Shown piece after piece: positions 49,234-58,999 of a DNA stretch of 64,000 bases. Made by a program: the position numbers and the translations under genes. Position 1 is the first letter of the stretch, and each line of letters starts with the position of its first letter. This stretch comes from Bacteroidota bacterium (GTDB lineage: Bacteria > Bacteroidota > Ignavibacteria > Kapaibacteriales > Kapaibacteriaceae). The stretch lies in NCBI GenBank assembly GCA_018266735.1, contig JAFDZT010000005.1, forward strand, positions 156,971-220,970. The letters are read 5' to 3'. The notes beneath the pieces are model-generated. The model saw nothing but the letters and a program-made list of their open reading frames with translations. It was not told the origin of the DNA and did no database searches.

Positions 49234-52059
49234 ATGAAGCGAGTCCTCTCGCCAATGATGGTCGTTGTCGCATGTTTGGCCGTGCTGCTTGTTGGCACAC
49301 CGACCATGAGCACGGCTCAAGTAGACCTTAGCAAGGTCGTTCAGCCGCACGGCGACATCACGATCGGTACACTGCCCAATGGTCTCAAGTACTACGTGAA
49401 GAAGAACGGGCAACCCAAGAACCGTTTGGAACTCATGCTCGTGGTCAATGCCGGCGCTGTACTGGAAGACGACGATCAGAACGGTCTTGCCCACTTCTGC
49501 GAGCACATGGCCTTTAACGGTACGCGGTTCTTTCCGAAACAGGAACTCGTGAATTTCCTTGAGTCGACGGGGATCCGCTTTGGTGCCGACCTCAATGCCT
49601 ACACCAATCAAGAGGAAACGGTCTACATGCTCACCGTGCCGCTTGCAGGCGGTGGGACCTTCTCGAAGGGCTTTGAAGTGCTGCGTGACTGGGCTCGCTT
49701 CGTGACGTATGATGATAAGGACATCGACGAAGAGCGAGGCGTGGTCACAGAAGAATGGCGTTTGCGTCGTGGTGCGGAAGAACGTGTCCGCAAGATGCAC
49801 AATACAGCGTTGTTCGGTGATTCGAAGTATGTACGCCGCGACGTGATCGGTGATACGGCCGTGTTGGCACACACGCCGGCCGATCGCCTGCGTGCATTCT
49901 ACAAGACGTGGTACCGGCCCGAGAACATGGCCGTGATCGTGGTGGGTGATGTGGACGTCAAGGATGTGATGCCACTGATCGAGAAGCACTTCTCCTTCTC
50001 GGCTGATGTGAGCGGAGCACAACCGGCTCGCCCTTCGGCCGTGTTGCCAAGTCACAAGGAGACCATCGTCTCGATCGCATCGGACCCCGAGTTGCAAACA
50101 GCGCGCGTGTCCATCTACAACAAGCGTCCTGGGCGGAAGACCGCGACGATGGGCGATTTCCGTCGCGACATCGTGACCCAGCTCATGTCGTCGATGCTCT
50201 CCAACCGTCTGCAGGAACTCACGCGCAAGGCAACACCTGCCTTTGCCGCTGCCTTTGCAGGTCAGACCAGTCTTACACGCGAGACCATGGCCTATATCGT
50301 GAGTGCAACTGCCGCAGACAAGAACATCATGAAGAGCATGAATGCTGTGCTCACAGAGATTGCACGCGCGCAACGTCATGGCTTCACACAATCGGAGTTG
50401 GACCGTGCGAAGAGCGAAATGATGTCGCGCATGGAAGCCTACTACAACGAGCGCGACAAAACGGAATCTTCCTCGCTTGCCCGTGAATACATGCGCAACT
50501 ACCTCGAGGGCGAGGCCATTCCGGGGATCGCCATGGAGTACGATATCTACAAGCGTCTCACACCGGACGTCACTCTTGCCGATGTGAAGGCATCGATCGT
50601 TGAGTTTACGCCCAATGAAGATCGCGTGATCACCGTATCGGTACCGGAAGGTAACGGATACACGAAGCCAACGGAGCAGGACGTGAATGCCTTGGTCGCA
50701 GCTGTGGCCGCCAAGACCATCGAGCCATGGGTAGACGCCGCGCCGGTGAAGCCACTCATGGAGAAAGAACCGGTCGCCGGATCCATCAAGGACCGGAAGG
50801 AACTACCGGAAGTGGGCGCAACGATGCTCACGCTGTCCAATGGTGCCAAGGTCATCCTCAAGAAGACGGACTTCAAGAACGACGAGATCCTGTTGAACGC
50901 ATGGAAGTCCGGTGGCACATCGTTGGCACCCGAGGCTGACATTGTCACAGCAGACCTCGCGGCCGCGATCGTGGACGAAGGCGGGATCGCATCATTCGAT
51001 GCCAACGCGCTGTCCAAGGTGCTGCAAGGGAAGAACATTGCGCTCTCGCCCTTCATCAATGAAGATCGCGAGGGCTTCACAGGTCAGACCTCACCGAAGG
51101 ACATGAAGACCTTCATGGAATTGCTTCACCTGTACTTCACGGCACCACGGAAAGACTCGGCCGGGTTCGAATCGTTGAAGGCCAAGATCCGCACGCAGTT
51201 GGAGAACAAGGCGAAGAGTCCGGAAGCAACGCTCTTCGACACGATCACTGTTGCATGGTCGAACAATCATCCGCGGAAGCGTCCGCTGACCATTGATGCT
51301 CTCGAGAAGGTAAGCCTTGAGAAGGCCTTTGCCTTCTACAAGGACCGCTTCAAGAGCGCGGCCGACTTCACCTTCTGCTTCGTGGGCAATTTCGACGAGG
51401 CCACCATCGAGAAAGATCTCGCCACCTACGTTGCGAGCATTCCCGGTGGACCAACGAAGGAAACATGGAAGGACAACAAGATCCGCATGCCGAAGGGTGC
51501 GATCCACAAGACCGTGTACAAGGGAAAAGACGCGAAGGCCACAGTGGTCGCTGCATTCCACGGACCAATGAAGTACTCTCCCGCAACTCGTTATGACATG
51601 ATCGCACTTACCGAAGTGATGAACATCAGACTTCGTGAAGAGATGCGCGAAAAGCTCAGCGGCGTGTATTTCGTGCAGGTGCAACCACAACCGTCGAAGA
51701 TCCCTGTAGAAGAGTATGCGCTCTCGATCTTCTTTGGATGTGCCCCGGATCGTGTGGACGAAATGCTTGCCGTTGTGAAGAAAGAGGCAGAGTACCTGCG
51801 CAACAACAAGGTCGATGATTCCTACATCCAGAAGGTGAAGGAGATCCAGACCAAGGAGCGCGAGGTGAACCTGAAGAAGAACCAATTCTGGACGTCGGCC
51901 ATGCCGAAGATCCTCTTCGAAGGAGAACCGCTTTCTGTGATCAAGGAACGCGATACCTTTATCAAGAACCTGACGGCAGCACAAGTACAAGCTGCTGCGA
52001 AGGCCTACCTCGACCTCGGCACATTCAGCACCGTGATCCTGAAGCCCGAAACGAAGTAG
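49234..52059 (+). CDS. M16-family (pitrilysin/insulinase-like) zinc peptidase, two-module 941-aa form.
   Basis: Signal peptide. Inverted zinc motif HFCEHMAFNGT (HxxEH). Second inactive M16 half. Confidence 0.85.
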   Translation: MKRVLSPMMVVVACLAVLLVGTPTMSTAQVDLSKVVQPHGDITIGTLPNGLKYYVKKNGQPKNRLELMLVVNAGAVLEDDDQNGLAHFCEHMAFNGTRFFPKQELVNFLESTGIRFGADLNAYTNQEETVYMLTVPLAGGGTFSKGFEVLRDWARFVTYDDKDIDEERGVVTEEWRLRRGAEERVRKMHNTALFGDSKYVRRDVIGDTAVLAHTPADRLRAFYKTWYRPENMAVIVVGDVDVKDVMPLIEKHFSFSADVSGAQPARPSAVLPSHKETIVSIASDPELQTARVSIYNKRPGRKTATMGDFRRDIVTQLMSSMLSNRLQELTRKATPAFAAAFAGQTSLTRETMAYIVSATAADKNIMKSMNAVLTEIARAQRHGFTQSELDRAKSEMMSRMEAYYNERDKTESSSLAREYMRNYLEGEAIPGIAMEYDIYKRLTPDVTLADVKASIVEFTPNEDRVITVSVPEGNGYTKPTEQDVNALVAAVAAKTIEPWVDAAPVKPLMEKEPVAGSIKDRKELPEVGATMLTLSNGAKVILKKTDFKNDEILLNAWKSGGTSLAPEADIVTADLAAAIVDEGGIASFDANALSKVLQGKNIALSPFINEDREGFTGQTSPKDMKTFMELLHLYFTAPRKDSAGFESLKAKIRTQLENKAKSPEATLFDTITVAWSNNHPRKRPLTIDALEKVSLEKAFAFYKDRFKSAADFTFCFVGNFDEATIEKDLATYVASIPGGPTKETWKDNKIRMPKGAIHKTVYKGKDAKATVVAAFHGPMKYSPATRYDMIALTEVMNIRLREEMREKLSGVYFVQVQPQPSKIPVEEYALSIFFGCAPDRVDEMLAVVKKEAEYLRNNKVDDSYIQKVKEIQTKEREVNLKKNQFWTSAMPKILFEGEPLSVIKERDTFIKNLTAAQVQAAAKAYLDLGTFSTVILKPETK

Positions 52060-52098
52060 AAGATCAATAGCTCCGCTCGCTCCTGAAGGGCGCGAACG

Positions 52099-53571
52099 TT
52101 ACTTGCCCAGAGTTTCAATGCTCAGCATGTTCGTTCGCGCCCTTCCTACGAGTGGCCGACCGATCGTGAACACAACAATGGATCCCGGACCAAAATGCTT
52201 GTTCGCAAGGAGTTCTTCCTTGATGAACTCGATCGTCTCGTCCGTGGTGGTGACGGTATCGACCACCCAACCGGTAACACCCCATAGGAGTCCCATTCTG
52301 CGAGCCACGGAACGCATCGTCGTGATGGCCAGGATGGGGGCGCGCGGACGTCGGTTCGAGATCAATCGCGCGGTCTGTCCGCTATAGCTCAGCGACGCGA
52401 TCCCACTCACGCGAGTCTCTTCTGCAATGCGAGCCGCCGCGATCGCGATCGAATCGGTGTTCCGTTCGCTGGGAGAATAGGTGAGTGATTCATCATGATG
52501 GAGATAGCCATCAGCTGTGAGCTCATTCTCTGCTTGAGTGCAGATCTTCCGCATATAGTGCACTGCCTCGATAGGATAGGCACCGACCGATGTCTCCGCA
52601 CTTAGCATCACGGCATCGGTTCCGTCGAGAACGGCATTGGCAACATCGCTCGCCTCTGCACGCGTTGGACGCGGATTGTAGATCATCGACTCCAGCATCT
52701 GCGTGGCCGTGATCACAGGCTTTGCCTTCAGGTTGCACATCGAGATGATCTTCTTCTGAACGATCGGTACGAGCTCTGCGGCGATCTCCACACCAAGGTC
52801 GCCCCGCGCCACCATCACGGCGTCGGACGCGTCGATGATCTTCTCCATGTTCTCGAGTGCTTCGGGTTTTTCGATCTTGGCGATCACCCATTGTGTGCCG
52901 CCATACTTCGCGATGTACTTGCGCACATTCTCCACGTCGGCGGCTGTGCGCACGAACGAGATAGCGATGTAATCGCACTCATGCTCGATGGCAAAGCGAA
53001 TGTCGGCACGATCCTTCGTCGTGATGGACGCCTGTGAAACAGCCGTGTGCGGAAGATTGATGCCCTTTCGTGGCTTCAGAATGCCGCCGTTCACCACGAG
53101 CGCTTTCACGATGCCGTTCGTTGTGCTCTTCACCTGTAGCTTCAACAGTCCATCATCCAACAGCAAGTGATCACCTTTGGACACATCCGTCCCGATGGTC
53201 GGATAGTTCACGGGGATCAGGTCGTCCGCGGGCTTGAGTTTCTGTGCACGAATGGTACTCACATCGGCGAGATAGACATCACGGCCCGGACTCAATACCA
53301 TCGACTCTCGATCGGAGAAATCCGCAACGCGGATCTTCGGTCCTTGTAGGTCTGCGACGATCGGAATGTTCAATCCAAGTTTCTCTTCGGCCTTGCGGAT
53401 CACGTCGATGTAGGTCTCATGACTCGAATACGAGCCGTGCGACATGTTCAGGCGAAAGGCATTGGCCCCTGCCTTCACCATGCTCACGATCTTTTCAACG
53501 CTGGCCACGGCAGGACCCATCGTGCAGAGGATCTTCGCCTTTTGATGCAGGAATGCATGCGCATGTGTCAT
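52099..53571 (-). CDS. pyk: Pyruvate kinase.
   Basis: KILCTMGPA…, full PK barrel plus C-terminal domain. Confidence 0.9.
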   Translation of the reverse strand: MTHAHAFLHQKAKILCTMGPAVASVEKIVSMVKAGANAFRLNMSHGSYSSHETYIDVIRKAEEKLGLNIPIVADLQGPKIRVADFSDRESMVLSPGRDVYLADVSTIRAQKLKPADDLIPVNYPTIGTDVSKGDHLLLDDGLLKLQVKSTTNGIVKALVVNGGILKPRKGINLPHTAVSQASITTKDRADIRFAIEHECDYIAISFVRTAADVENVRKYIAKYGGTQWVIAKIEKPEALENMEKIIDASDAVMVARGDLGVEIAAELVPIVQKKIISMCNLKAKPVITATQMLESMIYNPRPTRAEASDVANAVLDGTDAVMLSAETSVGAYPIEAVHYMRKICTQAENELTADGYLHHDESLTYSPSERNTDSIAIAAARIAEETRVSGIASLSYSGQTARLISNRRPRAPILAITTMRSVARRMGLLWGVTGWVVDTVTTTDETIEFIKEELLANKHFGPGSIVVFTIGRPLVGRARTNMLSIETLGK

Positions 53572-54374
53572 ATCGACCTTCTTGGCTGTGGACTCATGAA
53601 CGGTTCGATCGAACGTGCTGTGCCGCTCGCTTCATCGATCAGCACGTGCACGCCACACACGCGTACGTCGCGCTCGGCCACCTCGTACTTGTGTGCTGTT
53701 TGCAAGAGAAATCGCTTGATGGCCACATCCTTCTTCATGCCCAGAACGCTATCGTAGGGACCCGACATTCCCGTATCCGAGATATAGGCCGTGCCCTGCG
53801 GAAGGATGGTCGCATCGGCGGTCTGCACGTGTGTGTGGGTACCGAGCACGGCGCTTACCGATCCATCGAGATACCATCCCATGGCGATCTTCTCGGCTGT
53901 GGCGTCGGCATGGAAGTCCACCACGACCATCTTCGTCTGCGCCTTGATCTTGGCCAATGCGGCCGTCGCGCTCTTGAACGGACAGTCGATGGCCTGCATG
54001 TAGACACGTCCCTGGATCTGTAACACACCGATCGTGCGCTGGTCGGGAAGCGTTATCACATACCACCCACGTCCGGGATTCTCTTGCGGATAGTTGTGAG
54101 GGCGAAGGACATTCGGCGTGGAGGCAAGGAGGGGACGTGCCTTCCAGTTCTCCCAAATGTGATTGCCCGTGGTGATGCAGTGCACCCCTGCGTCGAAAAG
54201 CTGTTTCGCCTCGACTTCGGAGAGACCTTTTCCATCGACGATGTTCTCACCATTCACGATGACGCATTCGGCGGAGAATCGCTCGATAAGTGCCGGAAGT
54301 TGACGTAGGACCTCTCGAAGACCAACGTGGCCAACAACGTCGCCAATGAACAGCACGGAAAGGTCTTGTGCCAC
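53568..54374 (-). CDS. YmdB-like metallophosphoesterase (TIGR00282 family).
   Basis: LFIGDVVG…GENIVDGKG…GNH metallophosphatase motifs. Stop/start overlap with pyk. Confidence 0.8.
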   Translation of the reverse strand: MAQDLSVLFIGDVVGHVGLREVLRQLPALIERFSAECVIVNGENIVDGKGLSEVEAKQLFDAGVHCITTGNHIWENWKARPLLASTPNVLRPHNYPQENPGRGWYVITLPDQRTIGVLQIQGRVYMQAIDCPFKSATAALAKIKAQTKMVVVDFHADATAEKIAMGWYLDGSVSAVLGTHTHVQTADATILPQGTAYISDTGMSGPYDSVLGMKKDVAIKRFLLQTAHKYEVAERDVRVCGVHVLIDEASGTARSIEPFMSPQPRRSI

Positions 54375-54455
54375 GGATGGACTCGCAAGGAATGAACAAA
54401 GCGAACAAAGATACGAGGGTGTGTGGCTAAATTCGTGGATACACGAAAGGAAGTC

Positions 54456-55013
54456 ATGTCAACTCGCATTTACACGAAAACCGGCGACGACGGGACCACG
54501 GGTCTGTTCGGCGGCAGTCGTGTCTCGAAAGATCACCTCCGCATTCATGCCTATGGAACGGTGGACGAGTTGAACTCGATCATCGGCATTGCACTCACAT
54601 ACGACATGCCGCACGACGTACGTGAACAGCTTCTCGCCATTTCCTCGGAGTTGTTCACGGTGGGAGCAGACCTCGCCACACCGCTTGATCCACCGCCCAT
54701 CTATGATATTCCACGTGTGGCCGAGGAACATATCCTCGATCTTGAACGTCGTATCGACGCCTTCGATGCAGAACTCTCGCCGCTCAAGAATTTCATTCTA
54801 CCCGGAGGTGCTCCGGCGGCGGCTCAATTGCATTTGGCGAGAACGGTCTGTCGGCGTGCAGAGCGACTTACCGTCTCCTTGGCCGTACACGAAGATCTTG
54901 GCGGATTCGTAGTTCGCTACTTGAACAGACTGTCCGACTACCTGTTCACGACAGCGCGCATTGTCAACCATCGTGCCGGCATCGAAGACACGCCATGGCG
55001 TCCCCGGGCCTAG
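54456..55013 (+). CDS. PduO-type ATP:cob(I)alamin adenosyltransferase.
   Basis: MSTRIYTKTGDDGTTGL… N-terminal signature. Confidence 0.85.
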   Translation: MSTRIYTKTGDDGTTGLFGGSRVSKDHLRIHAYGTVDELNSIIGIALTYDMPHDVREQLLAISSELFTVGADLATPLDPPPIYDIPRVAEEHILDLERRIDAFDAELSPLKNFILPGGAPAAAQLHLARTVCRRAERLTVSLAVHEDLGGFVVRYLNRLSDYLFTTARIVNHRAGIEDTPWRPRA

Positions 55014-55090
55014 GCGAATCGAGGCAAGCACCCAGTCCACGTATATTTGTCGTTCTGATTCACCAGTTGTTCACTCAAGGAGTATCTGCT

Positions 55091-56050
55091 ATGAAGCATC
55101 TGTTAAAGCTCAACATTGTTGTGCTGGCATTGACCGCACTGGTCATGGTCGGCTGTAACACGAATGATGTCGTCGATCCGGGACCGAAGGTTGCACCTGC
55201 CGCACCAACGAATCTCATGGCAAAGTCCGTCAGCGAAACGAAGATCGGTCTGAAGTGGACAGCATCCACTGGCACGGTGATCCCAACGGGATACAAGATC
55301 GTCGTACGCGAAAAGGGCGCCGCATCGTCACAAACCCTTGATGCCGGTACGTCGACAGCTGCCGAGATCTCTGCCCTTACCGAAGGCAAGATCTATGAAT
55401 TCTCCGTCTACGCTGTGAACGATACGGCAAAGAGCGCCGCGACATCCGTTGTCGAGTGGGCACCTGCTCGCCGTGCCACCGGTACGTTCAAGCTCTATTC
55501 GTCGAACAATACGACCAACGGCTCCGGTCTTGCCATCGTTGGCATGACATCGCCAGCCGTCTTGAAGATCTCTCAGGGCGATCTGTGGGACATTTGCTTT
55601 GATGACAAGACAGCGGGCGATCCTCGCATCGGCTCCCCGGGTCAAAGCCGTTATGTCGACAACAACTACAAGTTCCCGAACGGCAAGGATGCTAAGGTCG
55701 TCTACCTTGCAACCCTTCAGTATCCGGGTGTGAACTCCATCGACGAGATCTACGAGACATCGGCACTTGCCATCCCATCGACCAATGGCGAGAAGATGCT
55801 CCAGCTCAACACGGTCACCGGCACAACAGGCTTCGGCTTTGTGATCGGCACGAAGAACGCAGACAACTCTGTGAACTTCGCCAAGATCGTTGTGAAGCGC
55901 GTTGGTGGAAACCTCGTCCAAGGCACGGGTGCTGATTCCTTCGTAGAATGCGAAGTATCGTATCAGTACATCAAGGACGTTCCATACGCACTGCGTGCAG
56001 CCTTTGAGCGCTACAACTCCAGTGTTCACGCACCACGCGGCAAGTTCTAA
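55091..56050 (+). CDS. Lipoprotein with a fibronectin type III domain.
   Basis: AAGGAG 8 nt upstream of ATG 55091. MKHLLKLNIVVLALTALVMVGC lipobox. FN3 segment (…LKWTAS…YEFSVYAVN…). Confidence 0.6.
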   Translation: MKHLLKLNIVVLALTALVMVGCNTNDVVDPGPKVAPAAPTNLMAKSVSETKIGLKWTASTGTVIPTGYKIVVREKGAASSQTLDAGTSTAAEISALTEGKIYEFSVYAVNDTAKSAATSVVEWAPARRATGTFKLYSSNNTTNGSGLAIVGMTSPAVLKISQGDLWDICFDDKTAGDPRIGSPGQSRYVDNNYKFPNGKDAKVVYLATLQYPGVNSIDEIYETSALAIPSTNGEKMLQLNTVTGTTGFGFVIGTKNADNSVNFAKIVVKRVGGNLVQGTGADSFVECEVSYQYIKDVPYALRAAFERYNSSVHAPRGKF

Positions 56051-56076
56051 GCGTTCCGCAACGAACCATCGATAAC

Positions 56077-56112
56077 GAAAAAAGGGCATCCGAGATCTCG
56101 GATGCCCTTTTT
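56077..56112. terminator. Bidirectional rho-independent terminator: perfect 24-bp palindrome GGGCATCCGAGA/TCTCGGATGCCC flanked by an A-run and a T-run, between convergent genes.
   Basis: Read directly from the sequence. Confidence 0.75.
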
Positions 56113-56135
56113 CATTTCAGAGTCGTTCGTTGGTC

Positions 56136-56459
56136 TTAGCGGCTCTTGCGGATCTGTACTTCCGTGGCCGTACCTTCTGGCTTTGGTGCCGGCGCGGCTA
56201 CCTTGGCTGCCTTCTTGGCAGACTTGGCCTTCTTCGCTTCAGCGGCTGCCTCTGCTTCTTTGGCAGCGGCTTCGGCCTTTGCGATCGAATCCTTGATGGC
56301 AGCGCTATCTACGGCCGGTGCGGGCGGAGGAGGCGGAGGTGTGGTCGGTGCCTCTTCGACAGGTGCTGGCTTCGGCTCTTCGGCCTTTTGGCATCCGACA
56401 GAAAGAAACGCCACAGCAGCAACGATCCCCGCTGCCTTCAAGAACATAGAACCCTTCAT
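56136..56459 (-). CDS. Small lipoprotein with a low-complexity Ala/Lys/Pro/Glu-rich (histone-H1-like) tail.
   Basis: MKGSMFLKAAGIVAAVAFLSVGC lipobox. The same low-complexity region yields overlapping ORFs in three other frames and strands, which are rejected. Confidence 0.5.
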   Translation of the reverse strand: MKGSMFLKAAGIVAAVAFLSVGCQKAEEPKPAPVEEAPTTPPPPPPAPAVDSAAIKDSIAKAEAAAKEAEAAAEAKKAKSAKKAAKVAAPAPKPEGTATEVQIRKSR

Positions 56460-56504
56460 GTGATCTCCTCGAACAATTGGTGATAGAGTGGTCTGGACGT
56501 TGAA

Positions 56505-57884
56505 TCACTGTTTTTTACGAAGTCGTGCCCCGAATGCACCATCCATTTTATGAATGTGCGGGAATGTTTGCAAGTAACCATCCTTACAGACGGGCTCAAG
56601 CAAGAAATACTCGGCTGGTTCGAGCTCGAAGTCGGGGTGTGACGCAAGGAATCGTTCGACGGTTCCCATGTTCTCCTCCGGCTCGATCGTGCAGGTGCTG
56701 TACACCAATGTCCCGCCGGGTTTGACAAGAGAGGCGGCATGGTCCAGCATCGTGTATTGGATCTTGCTCATCGAACGTACATCGTCGAGGTCGCGACGCC
56801 ATTTGATATCGGGCTTCTTTTGCAGTGTGCCAAGGCCGCTGCAAGGAGCGTCCACCAAGACCAGGTCTGCCTGTTCCTTTGGCTTGAACTCTCGTGCATC
56901 ACCGTGCACCGTCTCGACGATGGTCACGCCGGCGCGGGCTGCATTGTCACTGATGAGCCTCAGTTTGCTCTCGTACTTGTCGAGCGCCACAACGCGACCT
57001 TTGTTCTGCATCAGTTCACCGCAGTAGACGGACTTTCCTCCGGGGGCGGCACAAAGGTCGTAGACCAGCATTCCGGGCTTGGGATCGGCCAACTGCACCA
57101 CAAGCGATGCACTCGCATCTTGAATGCTCACCTGTCCTTCTTCGAAGAGCGGCGTGTTCCGGATATCGCGCAGCGACGTGATCAGCACGCTCGACGTATG
57201 CATCGTACCTACTTCGTGCTTGATCTCTTGAGCGGTGAGATAGTCGCGCACGGCCTGCACGGACGTCTTCAGCAAGTTCACCCGCATGGTGAGCATCGGG
57301 CGTTGGTTGTTCGCATTCAGCAGGGCCTCGGCGGCCTCCGAACCAAAGCGCTCAAGGTAACGCCGCACCATCCACTGCGGATGCGCATAGACGATGCTCA
57401 GGTAGAGCACTTCGTTCTCTTCACGTGCCGGATAGCGGATGTTCGTCAGGTTGCGCAACACGTTGCGGAGCACGCCATTCACGATACCGGCATGACGTTC
57501 GCCCTTGAAGCCCTTGACGATCTCCACCGATTCATTGATGGCGGCAGGGGCCGGGATCTTCGAAAGGAAGAGCATCTGGTAGAGAGCGATCCGGAGGGAG
57601 TTCTTCACCAGCGGAAGGCACTTGGTGAATTCGCCGTGATAGAAGCCGGTGAGCACCCAATCGATCCTGGATTGCCACCGCACGCAGCCATTGACGAGTT
57701 CCGTGCAAAGGGCGCGATCTGCAGGTGAAAGTTCGGTGCGACGAAGTTCTCCGTCGAGCAGCTTGTCGACGTACGAGTCGCTGCTCTCATAGCGGCTCAG
57801 CAGCTTGACAGCGATACCTCGGGCAGTTTCAAAAATGGGCGCCGTGGACGTTGGCTGCGACGAGGATGGGGTATCTGGTGTCAT
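56505..57884 (-). CDS. rsmB: 16S rRNA (cytosine-C5)-methyltransferase RsmB/Sun family.
   Basis: NusB-like N-terminal domain. SAM motif DLCAAPGGKS. Catalytic DAPCSGLG and TCT. Confidence 0.85.
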   Translation of the reverse strand: MTPDTPSSSQPTSTAPIFETARGIAVKLLSRYESSDSYVDKLLDGELRRTELSPADRALCTELVNGCVRWQSRIDWVLTGFYHGEFTKCLPLVKNSLRIALYQMLFLSKIPAPAAINESVEIVKGFKGERHAGIVNGVLRNVLRNLTNIRYPAREENEVLYLSIVYAHPQWMVRRYLERFGSEAAEALLNANNQRPMLTMRVNLLKTSVQAVRDYLTAQEIKHEVGTMHTSSVLITSLRDIRNTPLFEEGQVSIQDASASLVVQLADPKPGMLVYDLCAAPGGKSVYCGELMQNKGRVVALDKYESKLRLISDNAARAGVTIVETVHGDAREFKPKEQADLVLVDAPCSGLGTLQKKPDIKWRRDLDDVRSMSKIQYTMLDHAASLVKPGGTLVYSTCTIEPEENMGTVERFLASHPDFELEPAEYFLLEPVCKDGYLQTFPHIHKMDGAFGARLRKKQ

Positions 57885-58055
57885 GGAACGTAACGAAATC
57901 GGCGTTCATGCATCGTACGAAACAGAACGGCCGAAGAAGGTGCTTGAATAGTTTCCCGAACGGCAATATTACTCAATTAATTCCCTTGCGTTGAAGGATC
58001 GGTCATGGTAGATTTCGCCCCCGACACATCCCTTCCCACCTGCCCGCCCTTCCCT

Positions 58056-58865
58056 ATGTCCCGTCCTTTCGTGACCATGATCCTGCTCGCGACATTCGTT
58101 TGCGGAGCGTTTCGGGGCAATGCGCAGGAAAACGTGATGGATTCGGACCCATTGATGGCGCGCAAGAGGCTTGTGTACTCCATGGTGGGACCGTACGGCG
58201 GGTTCTCGTTCAGCAACCAGGGTGGGACCTTCACCACGGCGTGCAACTGCGAATTCACGGGTGGAGCGGGCACCAACTTCGTTGGTGGCATCGTGTTCGA
58301 GCGCCTGACGCGGTCGAGGATCACCTGGGGAGCCACGCTGGGGTACGACGATCGGAGCATCACGGCAGCCTTTCAAGAAGTGGAAGGCGTTGTCCAGCGC
58401 TCTCCGAGCACCGGCAGGGAGTATACCGTCCCGATCACGTTCCGGAACGAGGCGGTCACGGGGATCCAGATGATCACGGCCATGCCCTTCGTGAAGTACC
58501 ACCTCATGGACTGGCTGTTCGTCCGGGGAGGGCCATCGGTGTCGTACATTTTCAACAGCACGGTGAAACACACAAAAGAATTGCTCACCGAGACGGTGTC
58601 GTTCCCAACCGGGGAGATCGCAACGGTTTCGTTGCCGGGAACGGATGCAAGGAGCGTGGTCTTGGAGGATGGGCCCATGCCACAGATCAATCCACTGCAA
58701 GTGGGGCTGACAGGGGCCATGGGACTGGAATTCCGCATTGGGAAGAAGTTCCTTTTGGCGCCGATCGCCCAGTACACGTTCCCGTTCACGACGATCTCCG
58801 GACGGGGTGACGGGTTCACGATCCGGTCGTTTCAGGTCCTTCTCGAAGGCCGCTGGATCTTGTGA
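58056..58865 (+). CDS. Outer membrane beta-barrel protein (small porin/OmpW-like).
   Basis: Start MSRPFVTMILLATFVCGAFRGNAQ. Beta-strand periodicity. Terminal aromatic residue. Confidence 0.5.
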   Translation: MSRPFVTMILLATFVCGAFRGNAQENVMDSDPLMARKRLVYSMVGPYGGFSFSNQGGTFTTACNCEFTGGAGTNFVGGIVFERLTRSRITWGATLGYDDRSITAAFQEVEGVVQRSPSTGREYTVPITFRNEAVTGIQMITAMPFVKYHLMDWLFVRGGPSVSYIFNSTVKHTKELLTETVSFPTGEIATVSLPGTDARSVVLEDGPMPQINPLQVGLTGAMGLEFRIGKKFLLAPIAQYTFPFTTISGRGDGFTIRSFQVLLEGRWIL

Positions 58866-58999
58866 TCGTGGTCAAATGTGACATTTGTTTTTGCGAGTAG
58901 CGGGCAATTCTCTATTTTTTCCGTTCGACGCGGGAATGGAGTGTGGAAAACACTCCTCAGCATGGGCGACTACCTTTTTCATGTATCGGGATGTGTGTT

